In this document: positions 27,050 to 37,386 of the stretch, piece by piece
Layout: every line of letters starts with the position of its first letter
Position numbering within the stretch: the first letter of the stretch is position 1
Source: Minisyncoccota bacterium
GTDB lineage: Bacteria; Patescibacteriota; Minisyncoccia; Phycocordibacterales; PALSA-1337
DNA: 64,000 bases
Assembly: GCA_041666915.1 (NCBI GenBank)
Contig: JBAYFZ010000001.1
Span: 286,335-350,334 of the forward strand
Direction: 5' to 3'
The notes under the pieces: model-generated
Database searches by the model: none
Told to the model about the DNA's origin: nothing
What the model saw: the letters and a program-made list of their open reading frames with translations, nothing else
Translations under genes and position numbers: made by a program

Positions 27050-27226
27050 TTACTTTCCGGCAAAAGGTTGAGTATTGTCACCCTTATTTGAGAAGTAGAA
27101 CGATGATGCGGCTATGGCGAGGATCATGAATTGATCTACTGGTAGCTTTCCCATGACAAAGCCTGCACATGCCGTAATAGTAAGTAAAACGAAGACTAAT
27201 TTTGATGCTGATTGATATATTTGCAT
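27050..27226 (-). CDS. small hydrophobic protein (58 aa) downstream of the endolysin; possible lysis accessory
   Basis: translation MQIYQSASKLVFVLLTITACAGFVMGKLPVDQFMILAIAASSFYFSNK...; below the ORF-track cutoff. Confidence 0.25.
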   Translation of the reverse strand: MQIYQSASKLVFVLLTITACAGFVMGKLPVDQFMILAIAASSFYFSNKGDNTQPFAGK

Positions 27227-27230
27227 ACGT

Positions 27231-27836
27231 TTAAAGTTGATTAAGTAAGCTGATAATTTGAGACTTGATTCCCTCTTTACTTACCGGTGGGACTGGAAAG
27301 AGTCGCTTGAGAAGTTCTGAACGAACAATCTCAGGCTTTTCTTTGTAATAGGCAATGTCGCCGTGAATGATGATATTTTTTTCATTAAGCACGAATGCCG
27401 TATCAGGATTATTTGCAAAAGATTTTACGAGCTCGGTAAGCTGTTGGTATTGCCACTCTGTAATGTCATTCTCGTTTGGTTCGACCACACCATCTTGATC
27501 CACGTCATATCCGGCTGCGAGCTCGATTCCGATCGTGTACTGATTCGGATTTACCCACGAGCTGTCTAGATTCTTTTTCATCACTCGCTTAGCTCGATCG
27601 TTTGGGTTACTGATTACGCCTGCATGCCATGCAATGTCAGTTATTTTCACAAGTTGAGTAATTTCTCCTTCTTTTCGTCCAATCACAAAGTGAGATGACG
27701 ATCGGTTCGTCCGATTGGCGTTCATGAGCCAACTCACCGCCCCAAGATATGAGCCAAGGGTGAAATGAAGGACAATAACACCCTTCTTTGTGGGACCGGC
27801 TACATAGTTTGGAGTCTGCTGAAATGGTATGTTCAT
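27231..27836 (-). CDS. N-acetylmuramoyl-L-alanine amidase (Amidase_2/PGRP) endolysin
   Basis: 201 aa; HFTLGS, SSHFVIG, AWHAG, IGIELA motifs. Confidence 0.85.
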   Translation of the reverse strand: MNIPFQQTPNYVAGPTKKGVIVLHFTLGSYLGAVSWLMNANRTNRSSSHFVIGRKEGEITQLVKITDIAWHAGVISNPNDRAKRVMKKNLDSSWVNPNQYTIGIELAAGYDVDQDGVVEPNENDITEWQYQQLTELVKSFANNPDTAFVLNEKNIIIHGDIAYYKEKPEIVRSELLKRLFPVPPVSKEGIKSQIISLLNQL

Positions 27837-27840
27837 AAAT

Positions 27841-28029
27841 TTATTTGATCATTAGGTTAATAATTCCAGTGATCAGACCAGCGATTGATGCCGAGCTGAC
27901 GATCCAGAAGAATTTCATGATCCACTCCTGGTTTGTCTTCACAACAGCAAGATCCTCTTGAATATGGCTCAAGTGATTGTCTTTGATTTCTCTGATTTGA
28001 TCTTCGATTTTTTCGATTCTCTTTTCCAT
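27841..28029 (-). CDS. holin candidate
   Basis: 62 aa with C-terminal TM helix, immediately upstream of the endolysin. Confidence 0.45.
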   Translation of the reverse strand: MEKRIEKIEDQIREIKDNHLSHIQEDLAVVKTNQEWIMKFFWIVSSASIAGLITGIINLMIK

Positions 28030-28174
28030 GATGCTTTGGTTGAAGGATATTTGCTTTGATTCTTTTTCTATGGGTACATAGTGTTTATGTACTATGTTTT
28101 GATTTGTATTCTGCTTTTCGTTTTCATATTTATCGGCGGTGCATACCTCGGATTGGTTGGTATTGTTATAGGGG

Positions 28175-30229
28175 CTATTCTTGCGTTCCTGGTGACTGCT
28201 GGTCTAGCTGTTCTTTTGGCGTACTTAGGAATTGGTTGACCCCTTTCACACCTTGAGAGTTCAAAATCTGAACCCAGTACTTTGCAGTGTTCAAACTACC
28301 GATCTCCATCAGCTTTTCTGCCAGTTTCGCTTTCTGAACGGCCTGGAGTGTGTTGTACCAAGTGCTATTCAAAAGCGATGTAAGTCCGACTGCCACGCTT
28401 CCGCCAGTAAGTGATCCGACGACTGTGCCGACGGGACCGCCGATAAACGTTCCGGCAGTACCGCCTGCCGTTGCTCCGCTACTTCCCACGACTGTGTTGA
28501 ACCATGAAATAAGAGGGCGAGCTTCTCGACGCTTCGCAGTCTCATCGAGAATATCGAAGAGTCTTGAGTTCAGGGTGTAGGCTTTGTTGATCTTCTCGTA
28601 ATCAGGATTATTTGTGTTGAGAAGATTTCTAATTGCCCCATCGACCTTTCGTACTTGCGAGAGCATGCCGTTGTCGTCGACTGTCTTCAAGCTCTTTCGA
28701 GTCTCATAGACAACATCGCCGTAATCCTGGGCAAGTTCTCGAAGATCCTGCTGATAAGCACTCGTAGGCTGGTTATAGAGGTGCAGGGCTTCGATATCGG
28801 CACGAAGCTTCTTGAGCTGATTAATTCTCGAGGAGTTAACTGAGATTGGCTTTTGCGGTATCGCTTCAGCGACCACATGCTTAAGTGTTCGACTATATTC
28901 GTCGAGGCTGTCCATTTTGGAGAGATCGAGATTGTCGATAAGATCTCCGATATCATTTATTCCGTTGTGACGGAGCTGATCGACAATGTTTTTCTTTGAA
29001 TCGGCAATGATCGCAGAAACACCCCCGGCTTTCTTAATCTGTTTTGCCATTGCCGGATCATCGATAATCTGTGCGGCAGTTTTGAGATGGTTGTCGATGG
29101 TGGTTTGAATAGCATTTGTCTTTTCCGTGAATGCTCGACCACCTTGTGAGTAATTCCCTATCTCGTCATCAATTTTTTGTAGCAATCCATCTGTACCGAC
29201 AGTTCCTTGAAGCTCTCCGAGCTTTGCATATTCATCGTTCGAGAGTCTGATTCCACTCTCTGCTTTTTTAATAAGCTGTTTCTTTGTACCCCATGTCTTC
29301 TCATCAAGAAGATCAGGAATAATCTTGTCGGCCTGCTCTTTATATTTCTCCTTTGTGGCATTGAGGCCTCGCTTATAGCTTTCGATCGCCTCTTTTTTCA
29401 AAGTCTCAGGACTTACATTTCTCATATTTGCAAAACCTGAAAGCGTGCCACCAATTACACCAGACACGCCTGCACTTGTAAGCGATTTTTTCAAAATAGT
29501 AGGAATATCCTCATCAGCTTGCATTGATGCTGAAGCTCCATAGCCTGCGCCAATCGGGACCGCAGTCTTTGTACCCTCAAGAAAACCTTTCCCGAATGCT
29601 GCAAGTTTTGATGTAGCGGTAGGTACAGTTTTTTGGAAGACTGTTGATGCGCCTTCCGGTAATGCCTTTGCAAGAACACCGCTCATTTTTCCTGATACAA
29701 GAAGTTTGCCTGTCTTCGCTCCTTTTGCTGCGTTGCCATAAGTTCCAAAAGATGCGATGTCTGTTGCTACTCCGAGACCTTCACCGAATATCTGCTTGGC
29801 ACTTTTATTCACGCTCGCATTTGTTTCATTTATATCGATCGGTGGCTTGCTAGTATCTTTGAGATGCTGTTGAAGTGCTTCCTGCAAGCGAGTTGTATCC
29901 TCACCTCGAGCTTTCTTTTCTTTGATTGTTTTCAAGAGATTATTAGCGATATCCTCATGTTGCTTCATGAGCTCCTCATTCTGTTTATTTGTCCATGCCG
30001 CACTTCCAGGAACGAACGAGGGTAGAGCATCGGCTATGCTTTTCCCGAATTTAAGCTCGCTCGAAATAAGAGCCTTGCCTATTTTTTTAAATACTCCATC
30101 TTTCTTTGGAGACTCCACGGTCGCTGATTGCTTGGGCAAAGAATCAAGCCACTCCTGAATTTCATCGTGGCTCGCACCCTGGCTTTCAAGTGCATTTATA
30201 TTTTCCTCAATTTGTTCTTTGGTAAGCAT
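28175..30229 (-). CDS. large virion protein (tape-measure-like / internal virion protein) with Gly-rich hydrophobic C-terminus; start set at Met28 of the listed ORF
   Basis: 684 aa; Ala/Gly/Lys-rich; using Met28 avoids an 80-nt overlap with the upstream gene. Confidence 0.45.
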   Translation of the reverse strand: MLTKEQIEENINALESQGASHDEIQEWLDSLPKQSATVESPKKDGVFKKIGKALISSELKFGKSIADALPSFVPGSAAWTNKQNEELMKQHEDIANNLLKTIKEKKARGEDTTRLQEALQQHLKDTSKPPIDINETNASVNKSAKQIFGEGLGVATDIASFGTYGNAAKGAKTGKLLVSGKMSGVLAKALPEGASTVFQKTVPTATSKLAAFGKGFLEGTKTAVPIGAGYGASASMQADEDIPTILKKSLTSAGVSGVIGGTLSGFANMRNVSPETLKKEAIESYKRGLNATKEKYKEQADKIIPDLLDEKTWGTKKQLIKKAESGIRLSNDEYAKLGELQGTVGTDGLLQKIDDEIGNYSQGGRAFTEKTNAIQTTIDNHLKTAAQIIDDPAMAKQIKKAGGVSAIIADSKKNIVDQLRHNGINDIGDLIDNLDLSKMDSLDEYSRTLKHVVAEAIPQKPISVNSSRINQLKKLRADIEALHLYNQPTSAYQQDLRELAQDYGDVVYETRKSLKTVDDNGMLSQVRKVDGAIRNLLNTNNPDYEKINKAYTLNSRLFDILDETAKRREARPLISWFNTVVGSSGATAGGTAGTFIGGPVGTVVGSLTGGSVAVGLTSLLNSTWYNTLQAVQKAKLAEKLMEIGSLNTAKYWVQILNSQGVKGVNQFLSTPKEQLDQQSPGTQE

Positions 30230-30230
30230 A

Positions 30231-31847
30231 TTAATTCGGGAGGTTATATGACTGACCGCTTTTACTTGTGAAAGTCGAGGGCTGAGCTGAAGAAGTCGGA
30301 CTCGATCCATATCCCAATTCTGATTTCAATGAAGTCGCTTTGGCATTAAGACCGGTATAAATAGATTCAAATCGAGACACATCACGCTGACCAGCAGCCA
30401 TTGAGTTGAGCTGGCTTGCAAGTGATCGCGTTGCAATGTCGAGCGTCATTGCCATGACTGCCTTATTCACATCTGTCGTACTTCGAAGATTTGCGATTGT
30501 GCGCGAATAGTTCTCAATATCAGCATCTGTAAGCACACCTACTTCGCCATAGACTCCACGAGCAAGTTTTGGCACGATTGCAGTGATCGCCGCTTTCATC
30601 TGCTGCGCTTTAGTGTCGTATGGGTTATTACTCTTGATAATGCCGACGATTGGACCGGTATCGACACTATTAATGAGACTTGTGATGGTATCCGCCTGAC
30701 TTACGATTGTTTGAATATCAGTGATTGGTTTGAGTTCACCCTGAGTCATTACTCTGCCACCTTTCGATTTACGGATTGCATCAAGTGTGTAATTCGGATC
30801 ATCGTATCCTAGAGTTGTGCCAGGCGTTCCAGTTGTGCCAGGTGCGTATGTTTTTGCACGAGATGCTACGAGCTTAGCAGTGCCTGTTGCAGGATCGTAA
30901 ACATAGCGACCTTCGCCTTCGCTTAATTCAAATTGATTGACTTCATTTTTTGCTTTTTCTGCATCAGCTTTTGTTTTTTCAAGATCTGCGGCTGATTTTG
31001 CAGATTCCTGTTCGGCAGTAGCTTTTTGAGTTTTGGCATCACTATAAAGTGAGATCAGTTGATCCTTGCTGAAACCGTATTGATCCTGGAGTTTTTCAAA
31101 ATCAGAATCGCTGAGTTCTGTTGGATCAACTCCGAGTGCGAGCATGTTTTTAATGAATGCGCTGACCTGATCTCTCTTTTGTTTTCCTTGGTTGTCCAAG
31201 AATTCAAAATATTTATCCGCACCCTCTTTGATTGCCGCACGCTTTGCCTCAATTTCGCTTTGTGCATCACGAGTTGCCGCACCAAGAAGAGAGGAGATTT
31301 TTACATTCGCTTCACTTCGATACGTCTGTTCTTCCTGATTGTTGTAATTTTCAGTTGTCTGGAATTCTGACTCGCCTGTAGCACTTCCGATTCGACCGCC
31401 GGCTGCCGCAAGGGCGTAACTTTGCCCTTGGCGGTTCTTGCCTGTGGTATTCCTGAAATTGGCAATTTGATCGCTCACAGCGGCATTTATAGCGTCGATT
31501 TGCCCCTGAATACGTGATCTTGTGGCAGCCCTGATCGCTTCCTCGTCTATGCTTTGAGTGGCCTGCGATTTGTAGTTATTACCGATCTGAGTGGCAGTTT
31601 TATCTTCGACATACGTCGGGACCGTCACCTTTGCTACCTGAGCTATGGTTTGCTTAGCTGGAGTTGTGGCAGGAGCTGGTGCTGGCGTTGGAGCCACTGA
31701 AGTTCCTAACGACAAAGTACGCCCAGCATATATTTTGTTGGGATCAGTGATAGACGGATTTAGACGCATCAGCTCCTGGATGCTTTTTCCTGTCTTTGAT
31801 GCGATTCCGCTTAAGGTATCGCCGTATTGTATCGTGTAGGAATTCAT
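30231..31847 (-). CDS. LysM-domain virion protein
   Basis: 538 aa; N-terminal YTIQYGDTLSGIASKTGKSIQELMRLNPSITDPNKIYAGRTLSL is a LysM motif. Confidence 0.6.
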   Translation of the reverse strand: MNSYTIQYGDTLSGIASKTGKSIQELMRLNPSITDPNKIYAGRTLSLGTSVAPTPAPAPATTPAKQTIAQVAKVTVPTYVEDKTATQIGNNYKSQATQSIDEEAIRAATRSRIQGQIDAINAAVSDQIANFRNTTGKNRQGQSYALAAAGGRIGSATGESEFQTTENYNNQEEQTYRSEANVKISSLLGAATRDAQSEIEAKRAAIKEGADKYFEFLDNQGKQKRDQVSAFIKNMLALGVDPTELSDSDFEKLQDQYGFSKDQLISLYSDAKTQKATAEQESAKSAADLEKTKADAEKAKNEVNQFELSEGEGRYVYDPATGTAKLVASRAKTYAPGTTGTPGTTLGYDDPNYTLDAIRKSKGGRVMTQGELKPITDIQTIVSQADTITSLINSVDTGPIVGIIKSNNPYDTKAQQMKAAITAIVPKLARGVYGEVGVLTDADIENYSRTIANLRSTTDVNKAVMAMTLDIATRSLASQLNSMAAGQRDVSRFESIYTGLNAKATSLKSELGYGSSPTSSAQPSTFTSKSGQSYNLPN

Positions 31848-31854
31848 TTGTTTT

Positions 31855-33936
31855 CTAATCTACCGCTAGAAACATGTGATCGATCATTGCGACCCGAGAC
31901 ACGCTGTCGTTGCTTTTTATCTTCAGTCCGAATTCTTCTTTATTTATTGGAAGGTCGACTACAATTTTCTGTATGAAGCCTGGATCAGTCTTCGTGAAGG
32001 TTCCAACAAGATCGTCTCCGTTGTACAAATCAAAACTAAATGGCTTGTCGCTGAATACCGCAATCGACCCATTTGCATGGTTATCAGTAGTCATAAAGAA
32101 TGTGACTCCGTTGCAATTTATAGGATCGCCAATTTGCGGAAAACTTTGATATTGCTGGCGGCGATAGATCGGTGCTTCGCCGAGATTTTCATTCCATCCG
32201 ATGCCCCTACACATCATATTTGTGGTCGTGAGTATGCCGTTGATCAGAGTTACTTTTGCCCCTGAGATTCGAGTACTTTCGTAGCGATAGACATAGAAAC
32301 TGGTCGCATCGACCGGCTTGACGTACATAAGGCCGTTACCCCATTGATCAGAGGGATAATAGCTGCTGCTTGCAAGAGTCGTGTTCGTTCCCGATATGCT
32401 GAGAAGACCGAACTTCTGACGATCACGTCCTTGAAACTGCACCGTACCCCAATGAGCAAAGAATACGAATGTGTCTGTTGTGAGTTGATGCAGGAATTGA
32501 TATCGATACGAATAATTTGTGTCGAAACTAATCTGCACACCTGCTTGTACCGTAATTGTACTTCCTGAAGTCGTCACCACAGCCGAGTACCATCCACCTG
32601 AGCCGATGTAGGCAATCTGACACTTATCCGTTCCGTTTGGCGCAAGTTGAGGTTTTGATGTGGAAGCAATGCTTGCAAGTGATCCGTAAGACGGGACCGT
32701 TCCCGATACTGAAATACAGTAAAGGTTAATCGCTCCACCAGTCTCAAAGGCAATGATGGCTTTGTCGGTCCCTACTTTTACGAGCTGTTTATAACTTGGA
32801 GCAATAGCTACAATCTGGACCGGCGTATTAAGAGCTATACCGGTTCCAGAAATTGTCAGAACTGCTGTGTGAATATAATTTGACGCACCATTTGGAAGCG
32901 CCATCAAAACTTTGTCAGTGTTTATAACTACTGCATCGAAGTTATCGTTGTACCAGTCGACTGTGTACATGAGAAGTGGCGCACCCCAAGTAATCGTCCC
33001 ATTCACATTTGTATTTCCCACCACCGCATAGATTCCAGTTGTACCTGCCTGCTGACGATAAAAAGCAATGAAGCGAGATGAATCAAGTTCAAGAGTTTTG
33101 AATACGGCATTACCAGTGCTTTTTGCAAATGGAGACGACAATATTTGACTTTCAATATCACGAAGTTTTGTGTACACCGAGATAGTTTTGACAGTCCTAA
33201 TACGACGTTCAAGAAAATTTGGAGACCACATTTTTCTTGTAGCACCTGCACTAATCCAATAATCTCCATCAGGAAATTCTCGAACGATGTCTTGCTGGAT
33301 ACCGAACGCCCGATCCTCATCTCCGTCCCACGAGCTTCGGCCGATATAACATAATTCTCGGTTGGCGTACTGCTGTCCAGTAGAAGTATTGAACGCGCCT
33401 CGATAAGCTGGCATGATTACTGAATCAGCGTCACTTGCTACAGCACCTGCTCGATAGGTTCCGAGTGTCGCCGCATCAAAGGCATTCGGAGATACAAGGG
33501 TCGAAGTTGAGGTGATTGAATTGCCAGAAGTACCACCGACTTTTGCGGTGACAATAACGTCATTACCAATAATAGCAGTCGCCTCCACATCCCCATTGAG
33601 AGAGGTTGCTGATGCATATTGGCTTCCTGGAAGACCTGAGAGATTTATTGCTGCCATAACATTGGCACGAGTTGCTGCAACATTTCCACCGATTACGATC
33701 TGGCCGTCCGTGTTGGTGACAAGACTTGCAACAAAGGAGTAGGTCTTTGTACCTATCGTTATGGTTTCGCCGGCTGTCGGCTGATTTTGAAGTGTCAACT
33801 TCCCTTGTGCTTTAATTGCTGGCCACAGAAAGAGTCCGGGTTTATTCCACTCCACATATCTTGGAAGCGGAGAAATCTGTTGGCCCTTTACGGTTGTTGT
33901 TTTATCTATTCTTCGATCTACTTGTAAATTAATCAT
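31855..33936 (-). CDS. tail fibre / receptor-binding protein candidate
   Basis: 693 aa, Thr/Ser/Gly-rich beta-type composition in the tail module. Confidence 0.45.
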   Translation of the reverse strand: MINLQVDRRIDKTTTVKGQQISPLPRYVEWNKPGLFLWPAIKAQGKLTLQNQPTAGETITIGTKTYSFVASLVTNTDGQIVIGGNVAATRANVMAAINLSGLPGSQYASATSLNGDVEATAIIGNDVIVTAKVGGTSGNSITSTSTLVSPNAFDAATLGTYRAGAVASDADSVIMPAYRGAFNTSTGQQYANRELCYIGRSSWDGDEDRAFGIQQDIVREFPDGDYWISAGATRKMWSPNFLERRIRTVKTISVYTKLRDIESQILSSPFAKSTGNAVFKTLELDSSRFIAFYRQQAGTTGIYAVVGNTNVNGTITWGAPLLMYTVDWYNDNFDAVVINTDKVLMALPNGASNYIHTAVLTISGTGIALNTPVQIVAIAPSYKQLVKVGTDKAIIAFETGGAINLYCISVSGTVPSYGSLASIASTSKPQLAPNGTDKCQIAYIGSGGWYSAVVTTSGSTITVQAGVQISFDTNYSYRYQFLHQLTTDTFVFFAHWGTVQFQGRDRQKFGLLSISGTNTTLASSSYYPSDQWGNGLMYVKPVDATSFYVYRYESTRISGAKVTLINGILTTTNMMCRGIGWNENLGEAPIYRRQQYQSFPQIGDPINCNGVTFFMTTDNHANGSIAVFSDKPFSFDLYNGDDLVGTFTKTDPGFIQKIVVDLPINKEEFGLKIKSNDSVSRVAMIDHMFLAVD

Positions 33937-33950
33937 GGTAAAAAATTTAA

Positions 33951-34724
33951 TTAATGGATAATGCTTGTGATCCTTCCCTCGACATCTCTAATTGACCATT
34001 TCTTCACTCCGTCATAGATGCTTCGAAGTAGTTGATTGTCGTCATACTCGAACACGAAGGTCTTTCCGTTCACGTTGTCGTGAAGAGACCTCACGCTGCC
34101 ATCTGCATTTATCGCAACATCGACATACTCAAGTCCCGCTTGAATACCAGAAAGAGCTGCAGCCATGAGCTGAGAAAGTGTTACGGGCTGTGATGCACTC
34201 ACCGCATTTGGAACATTTGGTGAATTGATAAAATTATTGTTGCCTGAAAAAGTATTATTGCCGTTTGTCGATGCTTTTCCTGCAAGATTAGTGTCTACAT
34301 ATCCTTTCGAAACGACTTGTTTTGAATCATTAAAAGCAGGGTCTGCATCGTATTTAATTGGCTTTGTGGAATCGAGAGTATCATCACCATTTAGGATATC
34401 AACAATGATTTTGAGGTTCACGAAATCTGTCAGATAGCATTTTGATCCAGCTCTATGCCCGTTTAAGTTTTGGACTCCGGCGGTTTGGACACCTTGTCTC
34501 GAAACACTGAAAATACTAGTCATAGTTGTACCTGAGAGGTCAAACAAGAGATGCTCTTCATCACCAGTTCCTCGGTCGATAATCATGCAATATCTGCCTA
34601 CTGGCAGGTTTACGCCGTTCTTATCTGTGATGCTAGTTAGAGCTCCTGAAGTAGCACCGCTTGCAAGCTTTGTAGCAAGTGATGTTTCGAAGTTTGCGAT
34701 TACTTTTGTGAGTTTGCTCGACAT
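33951..34724 (-). CDS. tail fibre protein candidate
   Basis: 257 aa; ASQPVTLSQLMAAAL motif common in fibre proteins. Confidence 0.45.
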   Translation of the reverse strand: MSSKLTKVIANFETSLATKLASGATSGALTSITDKNGVNLPVGRYCMIIDRGTGDEEHLLFDLSGTTMTSIFSVSRQGVQTAGVQNLNGHRAGSKCYLTDFVNLKIIVDILNGDDTLDSTKPIKYDADPAFNDSKQVVSKGYVDTNLAGKASTNGNNTFSGNNNFINSPNVPNAVSASQPVTLSQLMAAALSGIQAGLEYVDVAINADGSVRSLHDNVNGKTFVFEYDDNQLLRSIYDGVKKWSIRDVEGRITSIIH

Positions 34725-34744
34725 GGTTTAATTATTTACTCTAA

Positions 34745-34770
34745 AAAATGTGAAAAAGTGTGTGCAATCA
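34745..34770 (-). promoter_or_regulatory. conserved 26-nt motif AAAATGTGAAAAAGTGTGTGCAATCA (copy 1), 20 nt upstream of the tail-fibre gene start
   Basis: identical 26-mer also at 39630-39655 and 42910-42935. Confidence 0.5.
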
Positions 34771-36669
34771 TTGATCCACATCTTTGCCATCTAGGCTCAC
34801 ATGTTCCTTTTGTCTATAGACTTTTGGTAGTTTGTCTTCATAGGTCAGGATGTCCCAATCTATCGATTCCATAATGCTCACGTACCCGATACCTTTAGCT
34901 ACAAATCGAATACTTCTTCGTCTAAATTTGGGTATTTTCATTGCTTTTATCTGAAGCTCATATGGGTATACCTGAGCTGCACCATCGCCACCGATAGCCG
35001 CTTCACCGATCATCGTCGTTCCCACACTTGATGGGCTTGATCGGTTAACGTACGTTCCATCGCCTCGAATCGTTCCAACAAGAGCGTATCCGGCGCCATC
35101 AAAGTCGGCATATACTTCTACATACTGAGCAGGATCTATTTCGCCTCGATAACGCAAGCGACGGTATTTTTTGAGTCGTCGAACACCATAAGTCTCATAT
35201 TTGCTATCCCAGTTATTTTGGATTACATAACTATCATCATCGAAGCCATTCAGGATTTTATAGACAGTTTGAGTGTGGGGACTTCCGCCATAGAGGACAC
35301 CAGAATCCTTGATGAGTGCTTTCATTCCGTAGTTTGAGATGTCCACAGTATTTTTTACTATGTCGATAACGAGAGTGCGATCGTTTACAATGCTTGATTG
35401 GGCGCGACAAGAGAGGACAATAAATTGTCCGTAGGTTTCCATCACCGCATCCGAATAATCAAATTTCTCCCATGCAAAATGTGGAATGAGTTCAGTCGCA
35501 AGAATGTCATCGCCGAGAGGATTCTTTTCGAGAACCGTGAGTTGAGGGCGATCTGGGTTTGCGGTATTTATAAAAACGACACCTCGGCCAGTTGTGACTG
35601 AGCTTTTTCGTGTAAGAACACCAATATTTCTTCGGACCACCTGGTTGTTAAATGTCTTATCATCGTCAGTGTATTTGTGCTGATACGCACTTTGCTTTTT
35701 TAGTGAGTAGTAGTTTCCATCGATACCAATCACGAGCTGTTGGATTGCATCACCACCTTCATCCTGACGGATTACGTCACCTTCACCCGCAAGACGAGAT
35801 GCGCTGTAAGTAAAATCTGCAACCCCTTTGCTTGTACTATTTTCCCAGACATAGTCTGCCTTGATATTATTCGCTGAGGCTGAAGGTATGGTTACGAAAG
35901 TGACGCTCCATGCACCTGTAATGTAATTTATAGTTCCTACGCCTCCAGCAGTTCCCTTAAGGTTTCCATTTTTATCATCAGTAAATATTTCACCTCCACC
36001 GTCAGTACACTTGATAGTTACGAGTCCGCAGTTTCGCTTCGGCTGACCTGACTTAAATAGAAGAGTGCCAGTGAATATTGTCTGTGATCCGTTTCCACTT
36101 CCGACATTCTCGTTTGATATTTGTGTAAAGCTTGTGCCGTCGCGCTGTACGTCAACATAACTTCGATAAAGTGCTGTCGCATCTTTTGCAATGCCCCAGA
36201 GATACATGCGAGCCTTGTCAATCAGAGGAAAACCGCAGAAAAAGTCAGTCGTAGTATAAAGCTGAATAAAGTTGCTGGGATTTGCGTTAGCAAATTTAAA
36301 TAATCCTCCAGGACCGCCTGCAAATGTCCATGCCCCGGTCAGTGAGCTGTAGTTTGTAAAAATGTAGATATCGTTTGGATTGAGACCAGTGACGACATCT
36401 ATCCAAGTAGTGCCATTCAGATACTGAATGGCTGTCGCTACTTTTCTCCAAAGAATGCCTGTACCATTTGCTTTGTATCCGACATGAATTGCAGGACATG
36501 AACCTGCTGCACCCTCGCTTCCGACTGTCACCTTCCCTCTGGCGAGTTCAAGCTTCCCATCAATGGTCACCCAATTGAGGGAGTCTCTAGCACTATCTTT
36601 TGGAGTATCCTCGTTATCTTCACGATTATGTACTCCCGATGCAAATTTTTTGATTTCATGATCTGCCAT
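34768..36669 (-). CDS. phage structural (tail) protein
   Basis: 633 aa, position between capsid and fibre genes. Confidence 0.4.
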   Translation of the reverse strand: MADHEIKKFASGVHNREDNEDTPKDSARDSLNWVTIDGKLELARGKVTVGSEGAAGSCPAIHVGYKANGTGILWRKVATAIQYLNGTTWIDVVTGLNPNDIYIFTNYSSLTGAWTFAGGPGGLFKFANANPSNFIQLYTTTDFFCGFPLIDKARMYLWGIAKDATALYRSYVDVQRDGTSFTQISNENVGSGNGSQTIFTGTLLFKSGQPKRNCGLVTIKCTDGGGEIFTDDKNGNLKGTAGGVGTINYITGAWSVTFVTIPSASANNIKADYVWENSTSKGVADFTYSASRLAGEGDVIRQDEGGDAIQQLVIGIDGNYYSLKKQSAYQHKYTDDDKTFNNQVVRRNIGVLTRKSSVTTGRGVVFINTANPDRPQLTVLEKNPLGDDILATELIPHFAWEKFDYSDAVMETYGQFIVLSCRAQSSIVNDRTLVIDIVKNTVDISNYGMKALIKDSGVLYGGSPHTQTVYKILNGFDDDSYVIQNNWDSKYETYGVRRLKKYRRLRYRGEIDPAQYVEVYADFDGAGYALVGTIRGDGTYVNRSSPSSVGTTMIGEAAIGGDGAAQVYPYELQIKAMKIPKFRRRSIRFVAKGIGYVSIMESIDWDILTYEDKLPKVYRQKEHVSLDGKDVDQ

Positions 36670-36672
36670 AAA

Positions 36673-37296
36673 TTAGACGAGTTTAAATCTGGCATCTCGG
36701 AGCTTCATATTCTTCATGTAACGCTGGTACTGGACCGCATTGTCCTGCATATTGCTGCGAGCCTTTTCAGACTTCTTTATAATTTCCTCATCAATAAGCA
36801 TCGAAAAGACAATCATTGGATGATATTCAGGTGGCAACTTGGGAGACGTGCCGACTGCAATGTCATCAGGACTGGTTTTGTAATCAAATTCATACGAAGC
36901 TCCTGCACCTGGGCTTTGTGCAAAGTTTATTTTTCCATCCGATGGATCTATCCAACAAACATTGCAGAATTGATTGGCATTTCTCTGTCCCATTGGCACA
37001 AAGTAATAAGGGCTTCTCTGGCTTCCTATAAAAATGACTTTGAGAATAGGTTCATTCTGATCTTCGCTGTAGTTTTCCATCAACTCGTCAAAGTCAGCTG
37101 GTACAGTAATCTTTCCATCACTTTCAACTACACCAGTCTTTTTTCTTCGTAGAAATTCCCACGGCTGTTCCATGTAAATGAGACGCAGTTTGTCATTCGC
37201 AAGAATAAGCTCCTCATCGCTCGACAGATCAGTTGTGTCGTCTGTATAAAGCTCGAAGCGTTCTATGATTTGTTGTCCTGTAAGTGGTGTTGCCAT
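36673..37296 (-). CDS. hypothetical phage structural protein (head-tail connector region)
   Basis: 207 aa, position only. Confidence 0.35.
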   Translation of the reverse strand: MATPLTGQQIIERFELYTDDTTDLSSDEELILANDKLRLIYMEQPWEFLRRKKTGVVESDGKITVPADFDELMENYSEDQNEPILKVIFIGSQRSPYYFVPMGQRNANQFCNVCWIDPSDGKINFAQSPGAGASYEFDYKTSPDDIAVGTSPKLPPEYHPMIVFSMLIDEEIIKKSEKARSNMQDNAVQYQRYMKNMKLRDARFKLV

Positions 37297-37386
37297 ATTT
37301 TTTATGCTTCCCAGTGGCAGAAGTAGTCCATTAGCAGTTCTACTTCTGCCACTGAGCCCCAGCGTGAGCTGAGGTCAGCGGAATCC